DNA of 32,000 bases. Origin: Methanocaldococcus jannaschii DSM 2661. GTDB lineage: Archaea; AGJL01; Methanococci; Methanococcales; Methanocaldococcaceae. The notes beneath the pieces were generated by a model. It did no database searches, was not told the origin of the DNA, and saw only the letters and a list, made by a program, of their open reading frames with translations. Of this stretch, positions 18,385-26,481 are shown one piece after another; position 1 is the first letter of the stretch; each line of letters begins with the position of its first letter. The stretch spans positions 674,048 to 706,047 of the forward strand of contig NC_000909.1 in assembly GCF_000091665.1 (NCBI RefSeq), read 5' to 3'. A program made the translations under genes and the position numbers.

Positions 18385-19442
18385 AAATAATAAAAGCAGT
18401 TCCAGAAGAGTTTTTAAATGGATTGTATTTAATTCCAACTGACAGAGGGAATTTATTGGAATTAGATGAAAACGGAAATTTTGAGGTAGTTAATAATATA
18501 GCCATAATTAGGGTTTTAGCAACACCAAATTTAAAAAAGGCTATAGCCAAGATTGTCTATCAAATTAAAGATAAATACTACTTATTTAAAAATCATAAAA
18601 AAGCAAACTGGCTGAAAAATCTCTTAGAATATATGAACAATAAGATAGAGTTCGATAAATATTATAGAGCCAAAAAGGCATGGTATAGAGGAATAGGGGA
18701 TTTATTTAGAAATATAAGAAAATGGGAATTTGAAAAAGTTGTTGGAAAGATAATCTCACTATTAAAGGTTTTGAATCCAATAGTTGTCTTTGATGTTCAT
18801 GATATAAGAAAATGGCATTATAGGAAGAGTTTTATAAACTTTGTTAAAGAATTAAGGAAAAATAGTATAAGTGTTGTAATAAGATATCCAATTGACTGTC
18901 ATGAAGAGATTAGGGAGATTTTTCCAGAAGGCATTTTAAATACAAAAGCAACCATAAGATACTTTGCAAAGGTTCATGGTTATTATATAAGCGATAGAGT
19001 GGCTGAATATCTCCTAAAAATAACCAATGGAAACTTAGAAACAATATATTTGATATTAAGACACTCAAAAAGAGAGATAAAAAATCTTAGAGAGCTAAAA
19101 ATTCCATGGCTTAGGATTTTACCATATATAGTAGATTCGAAATATCGAAAATTGGTTGAAGTTATAATTGAACTAAGAAAGTTCAAAGTTGAAGATATTA
19201 CTTATAAAGTTAATTACAAATTATCAACCATATACAGATATTTAGATGAGTTGGTTGAGTTAGGAATACTGACAAAAATAAAACATAAAGGCAAAGTAAG
19301 ATTTAAAATAAGATTGAACAGAAATATTTTATTAACTCTCCTCAAAAAATCTAAAAATAACTATTTGCATTGGTTCTCTATTTTCTTGTTAGATAGCATA
19401 CCTTGGGATATACAGATTTTCGAATTTTCGAAAAGTATATAA
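18381..19442 (+). CDS. Uncharacterised protein with Walker-B-like strand and C-terminal winged helix
   Basis: LLKVLNPIVVFDVHDIRKWHYR, KNSISVVIRYPID, ...RKLVEVIIELRKFKVEDITYKVNYKLSTIYRYLDELVELGILTKIKHKGKVRFKI (wHTH). No P-loop seen. Overlaps cbiL by 4 bp. Confidence 0.7.
   Translation: MKIIKAVPEEFLNGLYLIPTDRGNLLELDENGNFEVVNNIAIIRVLATPNLKKAIAKIVYQIKDKYYLFKNHKKANWLKNLLEYMNNKIEFDKYYRAKKAWYRGIGDLFRNIRKWEFEKVVGKIISLLKVLNPIVVFDVHDIRKWHYRKSFINFVKELRKNSISVVIRYPIDCHEEIREIFPEGILNTKATIRYFAKVHGYYISDRVAEYLLKITNGNLETIYLILRHSKREIKNLRELKIPWLRILPYIVDSKYRKLVEVIIELRKFKVEDITYKVNYKLSTIYRYLDELVELGILTKIKHKGKVRFKIRLNRNILLTLLKKSKNNYLHWFSIFLLDSIPWDIQIFEFSKSI
19417..19431 (+). repeat. TTTTCGAATTTTCGA element, copy 1
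   Basis: Exact 15-mer at the 3' end of the 18381-19442 ORF. Confidence 0.9.
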
Positions 19443-19584
19443 TAATTAATAGTATTCATACTCAACTTAATGACAGTATTAATATTTATTGATTGTGTAA
19501 AGTTATGACAAAACTTTGTTTTCTTTTTTGGCATATAATTAATATTTTAAGAAACTTAATTTAAATATAAATTTCTTAAAAGGT

Positions 19585-19616
19585 TTTCGAATTTTCGAGT
19601 TACATGTATGTATATG
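19585..19616 (+). repeat. Left arm of 32-nt inverted repeat (candidate origin element)
   Basis: TTTCGAATTTTCGAGTTACATGTATGTATATG; reverse complement found at 19929-19960 with one mismatch. Confidence 0.95.
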
Positions 19617-19928
19617 CAGAAAATCTTCGCCTAACTTAAAAAATGGTTGTGAATATCGCAAGCACAACTATTATACTATTGTACTTTTTTTCACAATATA
19701 AGTTAAAATAGTAAAAATTTTTTATTTTATATTTTAATATTAATTATTGTAAAATATTTCCAATAAATATTGTTAAAAAATGTTATTTTAAAAAAATAAA
19801 AATAAAAAAACCATAATTAGCTCTAAAACTCTAACGTTATACGTTTATAATACAAAATAGTGTATAATATCCTTTACTCTAATTTTGCGATAATTCGTTT
19901 TTCAGAAAAAGTTGTCCATTCTGTTGGT
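19617..19928. other. AT-rich segment between inverted repeat arms (candidate duplex-unwinding region)
   Basis: 312 bp with long A/T tracts and only scattered G/C, bracketed by the 32-nt inverted repeat. Confidence 0.5.
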
Positions 19929-19960
19929 CATATACATACATGCAACTCGAAAATTCGAAA
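19929..19960 (-). repeat. Right arm of 32-nt inverted repeat
   Basis: Minus strand reads TTTCGAATTTTCGAGTTGCATGTATGTATATG. Confidence 0.95.
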
Positions 19961-19964
19961 TTCG

Positions 19965-20492
19965 TTAATCTTGATTTTTCAATGTTTTATAGAGCCGTTT
20001 CAAATAATCAATGTGTTTGCATGTATCACTCTGACAGATAACACACCACCAATAGCCTTTATTGCTTCTAAAAACATCACCTAAATGCTCTCCATTGGAA
20101 TCAAAGAATGAAAATACTATTCCTCCAAGTTTATCCTCTTTCCAGCTGATTTCAAACCCTATTTTATCCACTGGGTAATACTTAGTGGCAATTTTCTTTT
20201 TAGGTAATTGTTCGAAAACACTCGAAAAACTCAAATCGAATATTTCTGGAGCCAATCTTTTTAATATCGCCAATCCTTTTGATGTAAATGAATATAAAAC
20301 TTTATGTCCCGCTCTTTCTCTCTTCATTATATTTAGAGCCGAACATAGCCTCAAAAAAGAGCTTGCAAGACCTTTCGATATATTTAAATTTTCTGCGAGT
20401 GATTGTGGATAGGTTGTGCCACGTATTAACACATAATGTAAAATCGCCTTTCTAAATATAGTTGATACTATTTCATAAGGCAATCTTTCCAT
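19965..20492 (-). CDS. Winged-helix DNA-binding protein with C-terminal SWIM-like zinc motif
   Basis: N-terminal wHTH (ILHYVLIRGTTYPQSLAENLNISKGLASSFLRLCSALNIMKRERAGHKVLYSFTSKGLAIL) and C-terminal CVICQSDTCKH (CxxC...CxH). GGGTG ribosome binding site upstream. Confidence 0.75.
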   Translation of the reverse strand: MERLPYEIVSTIFRKAILHYVLIRGTTYPQSLAENLNISKGLASSFLRLCSALNIMKRERAGHKVLYSFTSKGLAILKRLAPEIFDLSFSSVFEQLPKKKIATKYYPVDKIGFEISWKEDKLGGIVFSFFDSNGEHLGDVFRSNKGYWWCVICQSDTCKHIDYLKRLYKTLKNQD

Positions 20493-20581
20493 ATTTACAC
20501 CCAGTATTCCTAATAACTATTATTGTTGTGATTTTGTTTTGTTGATACTCAATTATATTTGACATACTCGTTTATAAAACT

Positions 20582-21047
20582 TTTGATTCATGGGATTGTT
20601 TTAACCCCTATGTGTTGGGTGTAGTAATACTAACATTTTAAGAACGTCTCTTTGAGTATGTTTCTATATTGTACCAATATTTATCTCTTTCTATTATTTT
20701 GTTGTTATATGCTATTTTTTACTAATAATTCTTAGATTTAATATACTGTTAATTTACATATAATCTTTGATTCATAGTTTTTTATTGGTTATATTATTTG
20801 ATTCACGATATCTTATTTTTAATATTTTGAAGCAATTCCTATGAGAAGAATTAAAATTAACTTTATTTCATTAGAATAATATATATATTATATTTAATTT
20901 CATTCAAGTTTATTTCTGAAAATAATAATCACTTATTCTATATGAAATATTGTTTGATTCATTAGATTTTTTAATTTTATTGTTTGATTCATGAGATTTT
21001 TAATAAACTTTATAATAAAACATTTAAATTTAAGAATAATTGATTCA
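20582..21047 (+). repeat. Family of six direct TTTGATTCA(Y)-type repeats upstream of the orc1/cdc6-like gene
   Basis: TTTGATTCATGGGATT (20582), TTTGATTCATAG (20766), TTTGATTCACGATAT (20797), TTTGATTCATTAGATTTTT (20953), TTTGATTCATGAGATTTTT (20983), TTGATTCAATCT (21040). Confidence 0.88.
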
Positions 21048-21054
21048 ATCTATC

Positions 21055-21068
21055 TTTCGATTTTTCGA
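21055..21068 (+). repeat. TTTCGATTTTTCGA: one-mismatch copy of the CGAATTTTCGA element
   Basis: Read directly, about 112 bp upstream of the orc1/cdc6-like ATG. Confidence 0.75.
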
Positions 21069-21179
21069 AATCTATATAACGTTCTTAAGACAAAAGTTCG
21101 AAATCAATGGAAAATATTGTAGATAATTAGTAGATAATTAATTTAAATAAATTAATTTATATTTTATTGCGGTGGAAAC

Positions 21180-22409
21180 ATGGACCCAATAGAGTTTATA
21201 CAAAAATCTGCAAGCTCTATAGCAAGCACCATGCATAAATTAAAATTAAAATACAATCCATTTTCTGAAAAGCCAATAAGGGGAAATACAAAGTTTTTTG
21301 TAGGTAGAGTTAGCGAGTTAAGGGAAATTGGAGAAATTTTAGGTTCTGCATTGCATGGTAGTGTTGCTAACGCTGCAATAGTTGGAACTAAGGGGATAGG
21401 GAAGAGTTCAATGCTAAACATCATATACTATGCAACAAAAAAGCAGGGACATTGGGTTGTTGAGATGACTGCCTCTCAGGTAACACCAAGGCAGTTTTTG
21501 ATACAGCTCTTATACAATATATTAACTGAAAACATCATAACCATGAGTGGAACGATAAAATCTGATTACATGGAACATTCAAGTAGAATTTTAGATATGT
21601 ATAGGAAGTTAAACAACTATGGGGATAAAGTTCCTATCCACTATCCAAGGGAGAGGATTGAGAGGGATTTGGAATATCTAATAAATGAAGTTAAAAGTCC
21701 TGATAAGTTATGTATAATTTTAATTGATGAAGCTGACCAATTTGCAAAAAAGAGCTGTTTAAGTTTATTACAATTTTTCCACTCGTTTTTGTATGAAGAG
21801 GGAATTTTAACGTTTATGGCTGGTTCTCCAACATTGATGGATGATTTAACAAAGATATCTCCACCAATAAAGGATAGAATTCCAAAAATAATAAATATGC
21901 CTCCTTTATCAAAAGATGAGTCCTATGATTTAATTAGAAGAAGATTGGAAGATGCTCATATTGATGGAGCAGAGGAGTTTGAGCCGTTTACTGAAGAGGC
22001 TATTCATAAAATTGTTGAAGAGTGTGACGGAATTCCAAGAAAGATAATAATGACATGCTCTGAATCAATATCAATAGCTATAAGAAAGGGTTTAACTAAA
22101 ATAGATGAGAAGGTTGTTAAAGAGGCTATGCATTCTCTTGGCATTAGTGTAGGACATCAAATTCTAAACCACTTAACTCCTGCCCAATCAGAGATTGTTA
22201 GGGCAATGGCTGAGCTTGGAGGTTCAGCAACGGTAACACAATTAGCTGAATATTTAAAAAAATCACCAAGTACTATTGGAACTCATCTCTCTGACATCTA
22301 TGAGATGGGATATATTTATAAAGAAAGGGAAGGAAACAACGTATATTATAAACTATCTAAAGAACTTAGGGATGTCTTAATAGGTGAAGATGATGAATTG
22401 GAGATGTGA
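21180..22409 (+). CDS. cdc6: Divergent Orc1/Cdc6-like AAA+ ATPase, candidate replication initiator
   Basis: Walker A AAIVGTKGIGKSSML, Walker B CIILIDEADQF, sensor-1-like FMAGSPTLMD, C-terminal winged helix LTPAQSEIVRAMAELGGSATVTQLAEYLKKSPSTIGTHLSDIYEMGYIYKEREGNNVYYKLS. GGTGG ribosome binding site. Confidence 0.82.
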   Translation: MDPIEFIQKSASSIASTMHKLKLKYNPFSEKPIRGNTKFFVGRVSELREIGEILGSALHGSVANAAIVGTKGIGKSSMLNIIYYATKKQGHWVVEMTASQVTPRQFLIQLLYNILTENIITMSGTIKSDYMEHSSRILDMYRKLNNYGDKVPIHYPRERIERDLEYLINEVKSPDKLCIILIDEADQFAKKSCLSLLQFFHSFLYEEGILTFMAGSPTLMDDLTKISPPIKDRIPKIINMPPLSKDESYDLIRRRLEDAHIDGAEEFEPFTEEAIHKIVEECDGIPRKIIMTCSESISIAIRKGLTKIDEKVVKEAMHSLGISVGHQILNHLTPAQSEIVRAMAELGGSATVTQLAEYLKKSPSTIGTHLSDIYEMGYIYKEREGNNVYYKLSKELRDVLIGEDDELEM

Positions 22410-23334
22410 TGTTCAAAATTTTGAGCCAGATGTTAAAATATCATTAACAAGAGTTGGAGTTACAAATCTAAAAAAACTTGTTAGATTAAAGAGAACAAAT
22501 AAAAGACCAATAATATTGTTATCTACGTTTGAGGTTTTTGTTAATTTGCCGAGTTCTCAGAAAGGAATACACATGTCAAGAAATCCTGAAGTTATAGAGG
22601 GAATAATAGATGAGGCTTTAGAGTTGGAGAGTTATGAGATGGAGACAATTTGTGAGGAGATAGTTAAGAGGTTGTTTGAGAAGCATGAATATGCCACAGA
22701 GGCAGAGGTTTTTATGGTTAGTGATTTCATGACTAAGGAGAAAAGCCCTATATCTGGGAAGTATTCCCAGGAGATTCACAAAATCATGGGTGGAGCTAAG
22801 GGAATAAAGAAGGATGATGAAATTGAATTAACAAAGATTGTTGGGGCCGAGGTTGTTGGTATCACTGCTTGTCCATGTGCTCAAAATTTAATAAAGGAGA
22901 TATGTATTAAAAACTTAAAGGAAAAAGGCTTTTCTGATGAAGATATTGATAAAATATTGGATTCTGTTATATTTGCCACTCATAATCAGAGAGGAATTGG
23001 TAGAATTATATTGGAAGTTCCTACCGGATATGATATTGAGATTATGGATATCATAGAAATAATTAAAAAATCCATGAGTGCTGAGATTCATGGAATATTA
23101 AAGAGAGCTGATGAAGCTTATGTTGTTGAACAAAGCCATAAAAACCCTAAGTTTGTTGAGGATTGTGTTAGGGAGATGGCTAAAAGGGTAGTGGAGAAAT
23201 TTAAACACTTACCAGATGAGACGAAGGTTTTAATTAGGCAGATAAATATGGAGAGTATTCATAGACATGACGCATTTGCTGAAAAGGTTGCTACATTGGG
23301 GGAATTAAGAAGAGAGCTTTTAAGCTATGAATAA
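22390..23334 (+). CDS. mptA: GTP cyclohydrolase MptA (FolE2/type IV)
   Basis: CDVQNFEPDVKISLTRVGVTNLKKLVRL...VFVNLPSSQKGIHMSRNPEVIEGIIDEALE...GITACPCAQNL...ATHNQRGIG...EQSHKNPKFVEDCVREMA. Exact start ambiguous (22384, 22390 or 22393). Confidence 0.93.
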   Translation: MMNWRCDVQNFEPDVKISLTRVGVTNLKKLVRLKRTNKRPIILLSTFEVFVNLPSSQKGIHMSRNPEVIEGIIDEALELESYEMETICEEIVKRLFEKHEYATEAEVFMVSDFMTKEKSPISGKYSQEIHKIMGGAKGIKKDDEIELTKIVGAEVVGITACPCAQNLIKEICIKNLKEKGFSDEDIDKILDSVIFATHNQRGIGRIILEVPTGYDIEIMDIIEIIKKSMSAEIHGILKRADEAYVVEQSHKNPKFVEDCVREMAKRVVEKFKHLPDETKVLIRQINMESIHRHDAFAEKVATLGELRRELLSYE

Positions 23335-23380
23335 TTTCACGCTCTTTTTATTTAGCTGTTTATATTTTATAGGTGGTAAT

Positions 23381-24478
23381 TTGAAAGCTTTGGTTTTAGG
23401 TATCAACACAAGGCCTGTAGTTAATTCTCTTAAAAAATTAGGATTTTATGTATATTCAGTCTCTTACTACGCCCCAGAAGATTTAAATGCTGATGAGAAA
23501 TATTATTTGATAAATCCTTTAGTTCATGGAAGATTAAAAGAAAACTATGATGAAAACAAATTAATTGAAATAGCTAATAAATTAGCTGATGAAGTTGATT
23601 GTATCTTTATAACTTCAGGTGTTTTTGAATTCGAAAATTCGAAAATTCCAGGATGGGATAATGTTATAGGTAATGGGCCAAAAAAGATAAATGAAATCAG
23701 TAACAAATATAAAACATATAAGAAATTAAAAAATCTTGGTTTTAATATACCAGAAACTAAGAAAATAAACAATAAGACTCAATTATATAAATTTTTGGAA
23801 GAATTTAAAACCTGCATTTTAAAGCCTATCTACGGGAGTGGAGGAAGTATTTTAAAGATAGAATTAAATAACTTTGATGATGAGATAATTAATGAAATTA
23901 AGTTCCCAATTATTGCTCAGGAATATATTAGAGGGAAAAGTTTTAGTGCCAACTTTATAGGCAATACATTTATAACCTTTAACAAACAAATTATAATTAA
24001 GGGAATGTATGCTGGGAATTTAACTCCATATATTAATTTACCAAATAAGTTTGTTGAAATATTTGGTGAGGTTATAGAATCTTTTGAATTAAAAGGAATG
24101 AGTGGCATTGATTTTTTGATTAAAGATAATGGTCCTTATATTGTTGATATAAATCCTCGCATTTTAGGAACTTATGAGACCATAGAGATGAGTGCATCTC
24201 AAAATTTGGCAATGGTTTTGCTAAATAATAAGTATGCCAAGGAGATTAAACCAAGAAAAGTATATATAAAAAGAATATTGTTTGCTAAAGAGAAAATTAT
24301 CGCTAATATATCAAAAAGGGACTTTATACATGATATTCCAAAGAAAAATGCAGTTATAGAGAAAGGAGAGCCTATAGCTACAGTAATTGCAAAAGAAAAC
24401 ATTAAATCAATAATAAACAGTGTTTATGAGGAGTGTGCAGAGTATGAGAAAAGAAAAGAAGATAGAGAGAATATATGA
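23381..24478 (+). CDS. ATP-grasp domain protein
   Basis: TTG start after AGGTGG; MKALVLGINTRPVVNSLKKLGFYVYSVSYYAPEDL, CILKPIYGSGGSILKI, IIAQEYIRGKSFSANFIG, GMSGIDFLIKDNGPYIVDINPRILGTYE. Confidence 0.82.
   Translation: MKALVLGINTRPVVNSLKKLGFYVYSVSYYAPEDLNADEKYYLINPLVHGRLKENYDENKLIEIANKLADEVDCIFITSGVFEFENSKIPGWDNVIGNGPKKINEISNKYKTYKKLKNLGFNIPETKKINNKTQLYKFLEEFKTCILKPIYGSGGSILKIELNNFDDEIINEIKFPIIAQEYIRGKSFSANFIGNTFITFNKQIIIKGMYAGNLTPYINLPNKFVEIFGEVIESFELKGMSGIDFLIKDNGPYIVDINPRILGTYETIEMSASQNLAMVLLNNKYAKEIKPRKVYIKRILFAKEKIIANISKRDFIHDIPKKNAVIEKGEPIATVIAKENIKSIINSVYEECAEYEKRKEDRENI
23631..23645 (-). repeat. TTTTCGAATTTTCGA element embedded in the ATP-grasp gene
   Basis: Exact reverse complement TCGAAAATTCGAAAA, encoding EFENSKI. 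Confidence 0.9.
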
Positions 24479-25001
24479 GATGCTAAACGACCCTTTGGTT
24501 CAGGAAGTTCTTTTTAATATATTTGAAGGAGATGAGAAAGGATTTGAAGTTATTGATGTTCTTTTAGAGAAGGGCGAGACAACAGAAGAAGAGATTGCTA
24601 AAGAACTTGGAGTAAAACTTAATGTAGTTAGAAAACTGCTTTATAAGTTGTATGATGCAAGATTAGTTGATTATAAGAGATGGAAAGATGAAGATACCAA
24701 TTGGTATTCCTACACATGGTTACCAACACTTGAAAAACTTCCTTATGTTGTAAAAAAGAAAATAAATGAGTTAATTAAAGACCTTGAGAAGAAGTTGGAG
24801 TTTGAGAAAAACAACATGTTTTTCTTCTGTCCAAATTGTAATGTGAGATTTACATTTGAAGAGGCAATGGATTATGGCTTTTCGTGTCCAGGTTGTGGAA
24901 ACATGTTGCAGGAATTTGACAATAGTGAATTAATTAAAGATTTAGAGGAGCAAATAAAATTTTTAAAGGAAGAATTAAAGAACAATCCTTTTTTGAAATA
25001 A
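24444..25001 (+). CDS. tfe: Transcription initiation factor E alpha subunit (TFE)
   Basis: N-terminal wHTH (ETTEEEIAKELGVKLNVVRKLLYKLYDARLVDYKRWKDEDTNWYSYTW) and Zn ribbon CPNCNVRFTFEEAMDYGFSCPGCG. Confidence 0.95.
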   Translation: MRKEKKIERIYEMLNDPLVQEVLFNIFEGDEKGFEVIDVLLEKGETTEEEIAKELGVKLNVVRKLLYKLYDARLVDYKRWKDEDTNWYSYTWLPTLEKLPYVVKKKINELIKDLEKKLEFEKNNMFFFCPNCNVRFTFEEAMDYGFSCPGCGNMLQEFDNSELIKDLEEQIKFLKEELKNNPFLK

Positions 25002-25048
25002 TGTTTTTATGGTGATTATATAAAAATTCCCGTCTGCGGAGTGGGATT

Positions 25049-25558
25049 ATGGAATTTGAAAAAGCCCTTTCTATTTTAAAAAACTTATGCTCTGAGAATG
25101 TGGTGGAACATTGTTTAGCAGTTTCAGAGTATGCTTATGAATTAGCTTTGGCTATAAAAAATAAAGGTTATGAGGTTGATGTTGAACTTGTTAGATTAGG
25201 AGGTTTGTTACATGATATTGGTAGGAGTAGAACTCATGGCATAGAACATGGTGTTGTAGGGGCTGAAATTTTGAGAGAGTTGGGTTTTGATGAAAAACTT
25301 GCATTAATAGCTGAGAGGCATATTGGGGCAGGAATAACAAAGGAGGAGGCAATAGAACTTGGATTACCTCCAAAGGATTATCTACCAATAACATTGGAGG
25401 AAAAAATTGTAGCTCATGCTGATAACTTGATATTTGGAACTAAGAGGGTTGAGATAGATGATGTAATAAAAAAATTTGAAAAAAGATTGGGCAAAAATCA
25501 TCCTTCAATTAAGAGAATTATTCTGCTAAATGATGAGATAAACAATCTTTTAAAATAA
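25049..25558 (+). CDS. HD-domain hydrolase
   Basis: [16 protein letters not shown]...[33 protein letters not shown]...[10 protein letters not shown]. Confidence 0.88.
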   Translation: MEFEKALSILKNLCSENVVEHCLAVSEYAYELALAIKNKGYEVDVELVRLGGLLHDIGRSRTHGIEHGVVGAEILRELGFDEKLALIAERHIGAGITKEEAIELGLPPKDYLPITLEEKIVAHADNLIFGTKRVEIDDVIKKFEKRLGKNHPSIKRIILLNDEINNLLK

Positions 25559-25561
25559 TAT

Positions 25562-26461
25562 TTATGAGAATATTCCTGGAGCGAATTTTAAGATTGTATA
25601 ATATGCTAAAACACCGATTGTCATAGTTACTGCAGAAATTAGGAACATTCTCCCTATTTTTAAACCAAATATTGGAATTGCAAATAAAGCTCCTATAATT
25701 GCCGTTCCCATTTGCACAATTTCAAATCCTTTTGATATATCTTCTGGTTTAACTGGGGGTATTGGAGCTACTCCACTTAACATGCCTGATACTGCTATTA
25801 AATAAGCTCCCAATAATGCGGCAACAGCTGGAATAACTCCACATAATATAATAAAACCAATAGCTAAACCACTTGCTGTAACACTCAATAACTGTCTCTT
25901 ATACATTTTAAAGTCTTCAAGAGTTTTAGCTAATATTTTTAGAGAATCTGACAAATCTCCTCCGTATTTCCTGTTTTCAATCATAATTCTTGCTAACATC
26001 CTTAATACTTTAGAATCATATAAATTGGATACAATTGTCATAGACTCTTCAAAACTTAATTTTTGGTTTTCCATTAAGTATAAAACTTTTCTAAATATAT
26101 CGCTAACTTCCTTTATATTACTTTTAACAACTTCAAGTAATGCTTCGTTTATGGACCTTCCAGATTCGAGGGCTAATATCATAATATAAAGAGCTTGTGG
26201 AATGTTATTCTCAAGAGTTTCTATTTTATTTTCATATAAAATAGATGGAATGAACAATGCAGCTCCCACGTATATAACTACAAATATAATCATACTTTTT
26301 AGGGTTAAGTGTAAATAATATGATATTAGGAGAGGTATCGCAGCTATAATTATTAACAATAATATAAACTTTTTTTCGTCAAAATCCTTACCAAGTTTTT
26401 TAAAGAGTATAATATTCCTTTTTATTGTTCTTTTATATAGAGTTGTCAGGTATTTGGGCAT
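25562..26461 (-). CDS. TadC/GspF-like integral membrane protein of type IV pilus/secretion system
   Basis: TM-rich; ENNIPQALYIMILALESGRSINEALLEVVKS...KILAKTLEDFKMYKRQLLSVTASG; tandem with a similar protein and a VirB11-like ATPase. Confidence 0.8.
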   Translation of the reverse strand: MPKYLTTLYKRTIKRNIILFKKLGKDFDEKKFILLLIIIAAIPLLISYYLHLTLKSMIIFVVIYVGAALFIPSILYENKIETLENNIPQALYIMILALESGRSINEALLEVVKSNIKEVSDIFRKVLYLMENQKLSFEESMTIVSNLYDSKVLRMLARIMIENRKYGGDLSDSLKILAKTLEDFKMYKRQLLSVTASGLAIGFIILCGVIPAVAALLGAYLIAVSGMLSGVAPIPPVKPEDISKGFEIVQMGTAIIGALFAIPIFGLKIGRMFLISAVTMTIGVLAYYTILKFAPGIFS

Positions 26462-26481
26462 GCTATCACATTAAATCATTT

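Larger units (their letters stand above)
20493..21179. promoter_or_regulatory. Candidate replication origin / divergent regulatory region
   Basis: 687-bp AT-rich noncoding gap between divergent wHTH-SWIM and orc1/cdc6-like genes, filled with repeats. Confidence 0.55.

Noticed and set aside
19860-20412. Plus-strand ORFs 19860-20084 and 20185-20412 opposite the wHTH-SWIM gene.
   Set aside because: Antisense, no ribosome binding site or domain; the minus-strand protein has coherent HTH and zinc motifs.
20497-20625. Inverted pair TACACCCA / TGGGTGTA.
   Set aside because: The left arm is the ribosome binding site region of the wHTH-SWIM gene (GGGTGTAAAT-ATG), so an 8-nt match is weak evidence of anything else.
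23545-24402. Minus-strand ORFs within the ATP-grasp gene.
   Set aside because: Antisense shadows of a well supported plus-strand gene.
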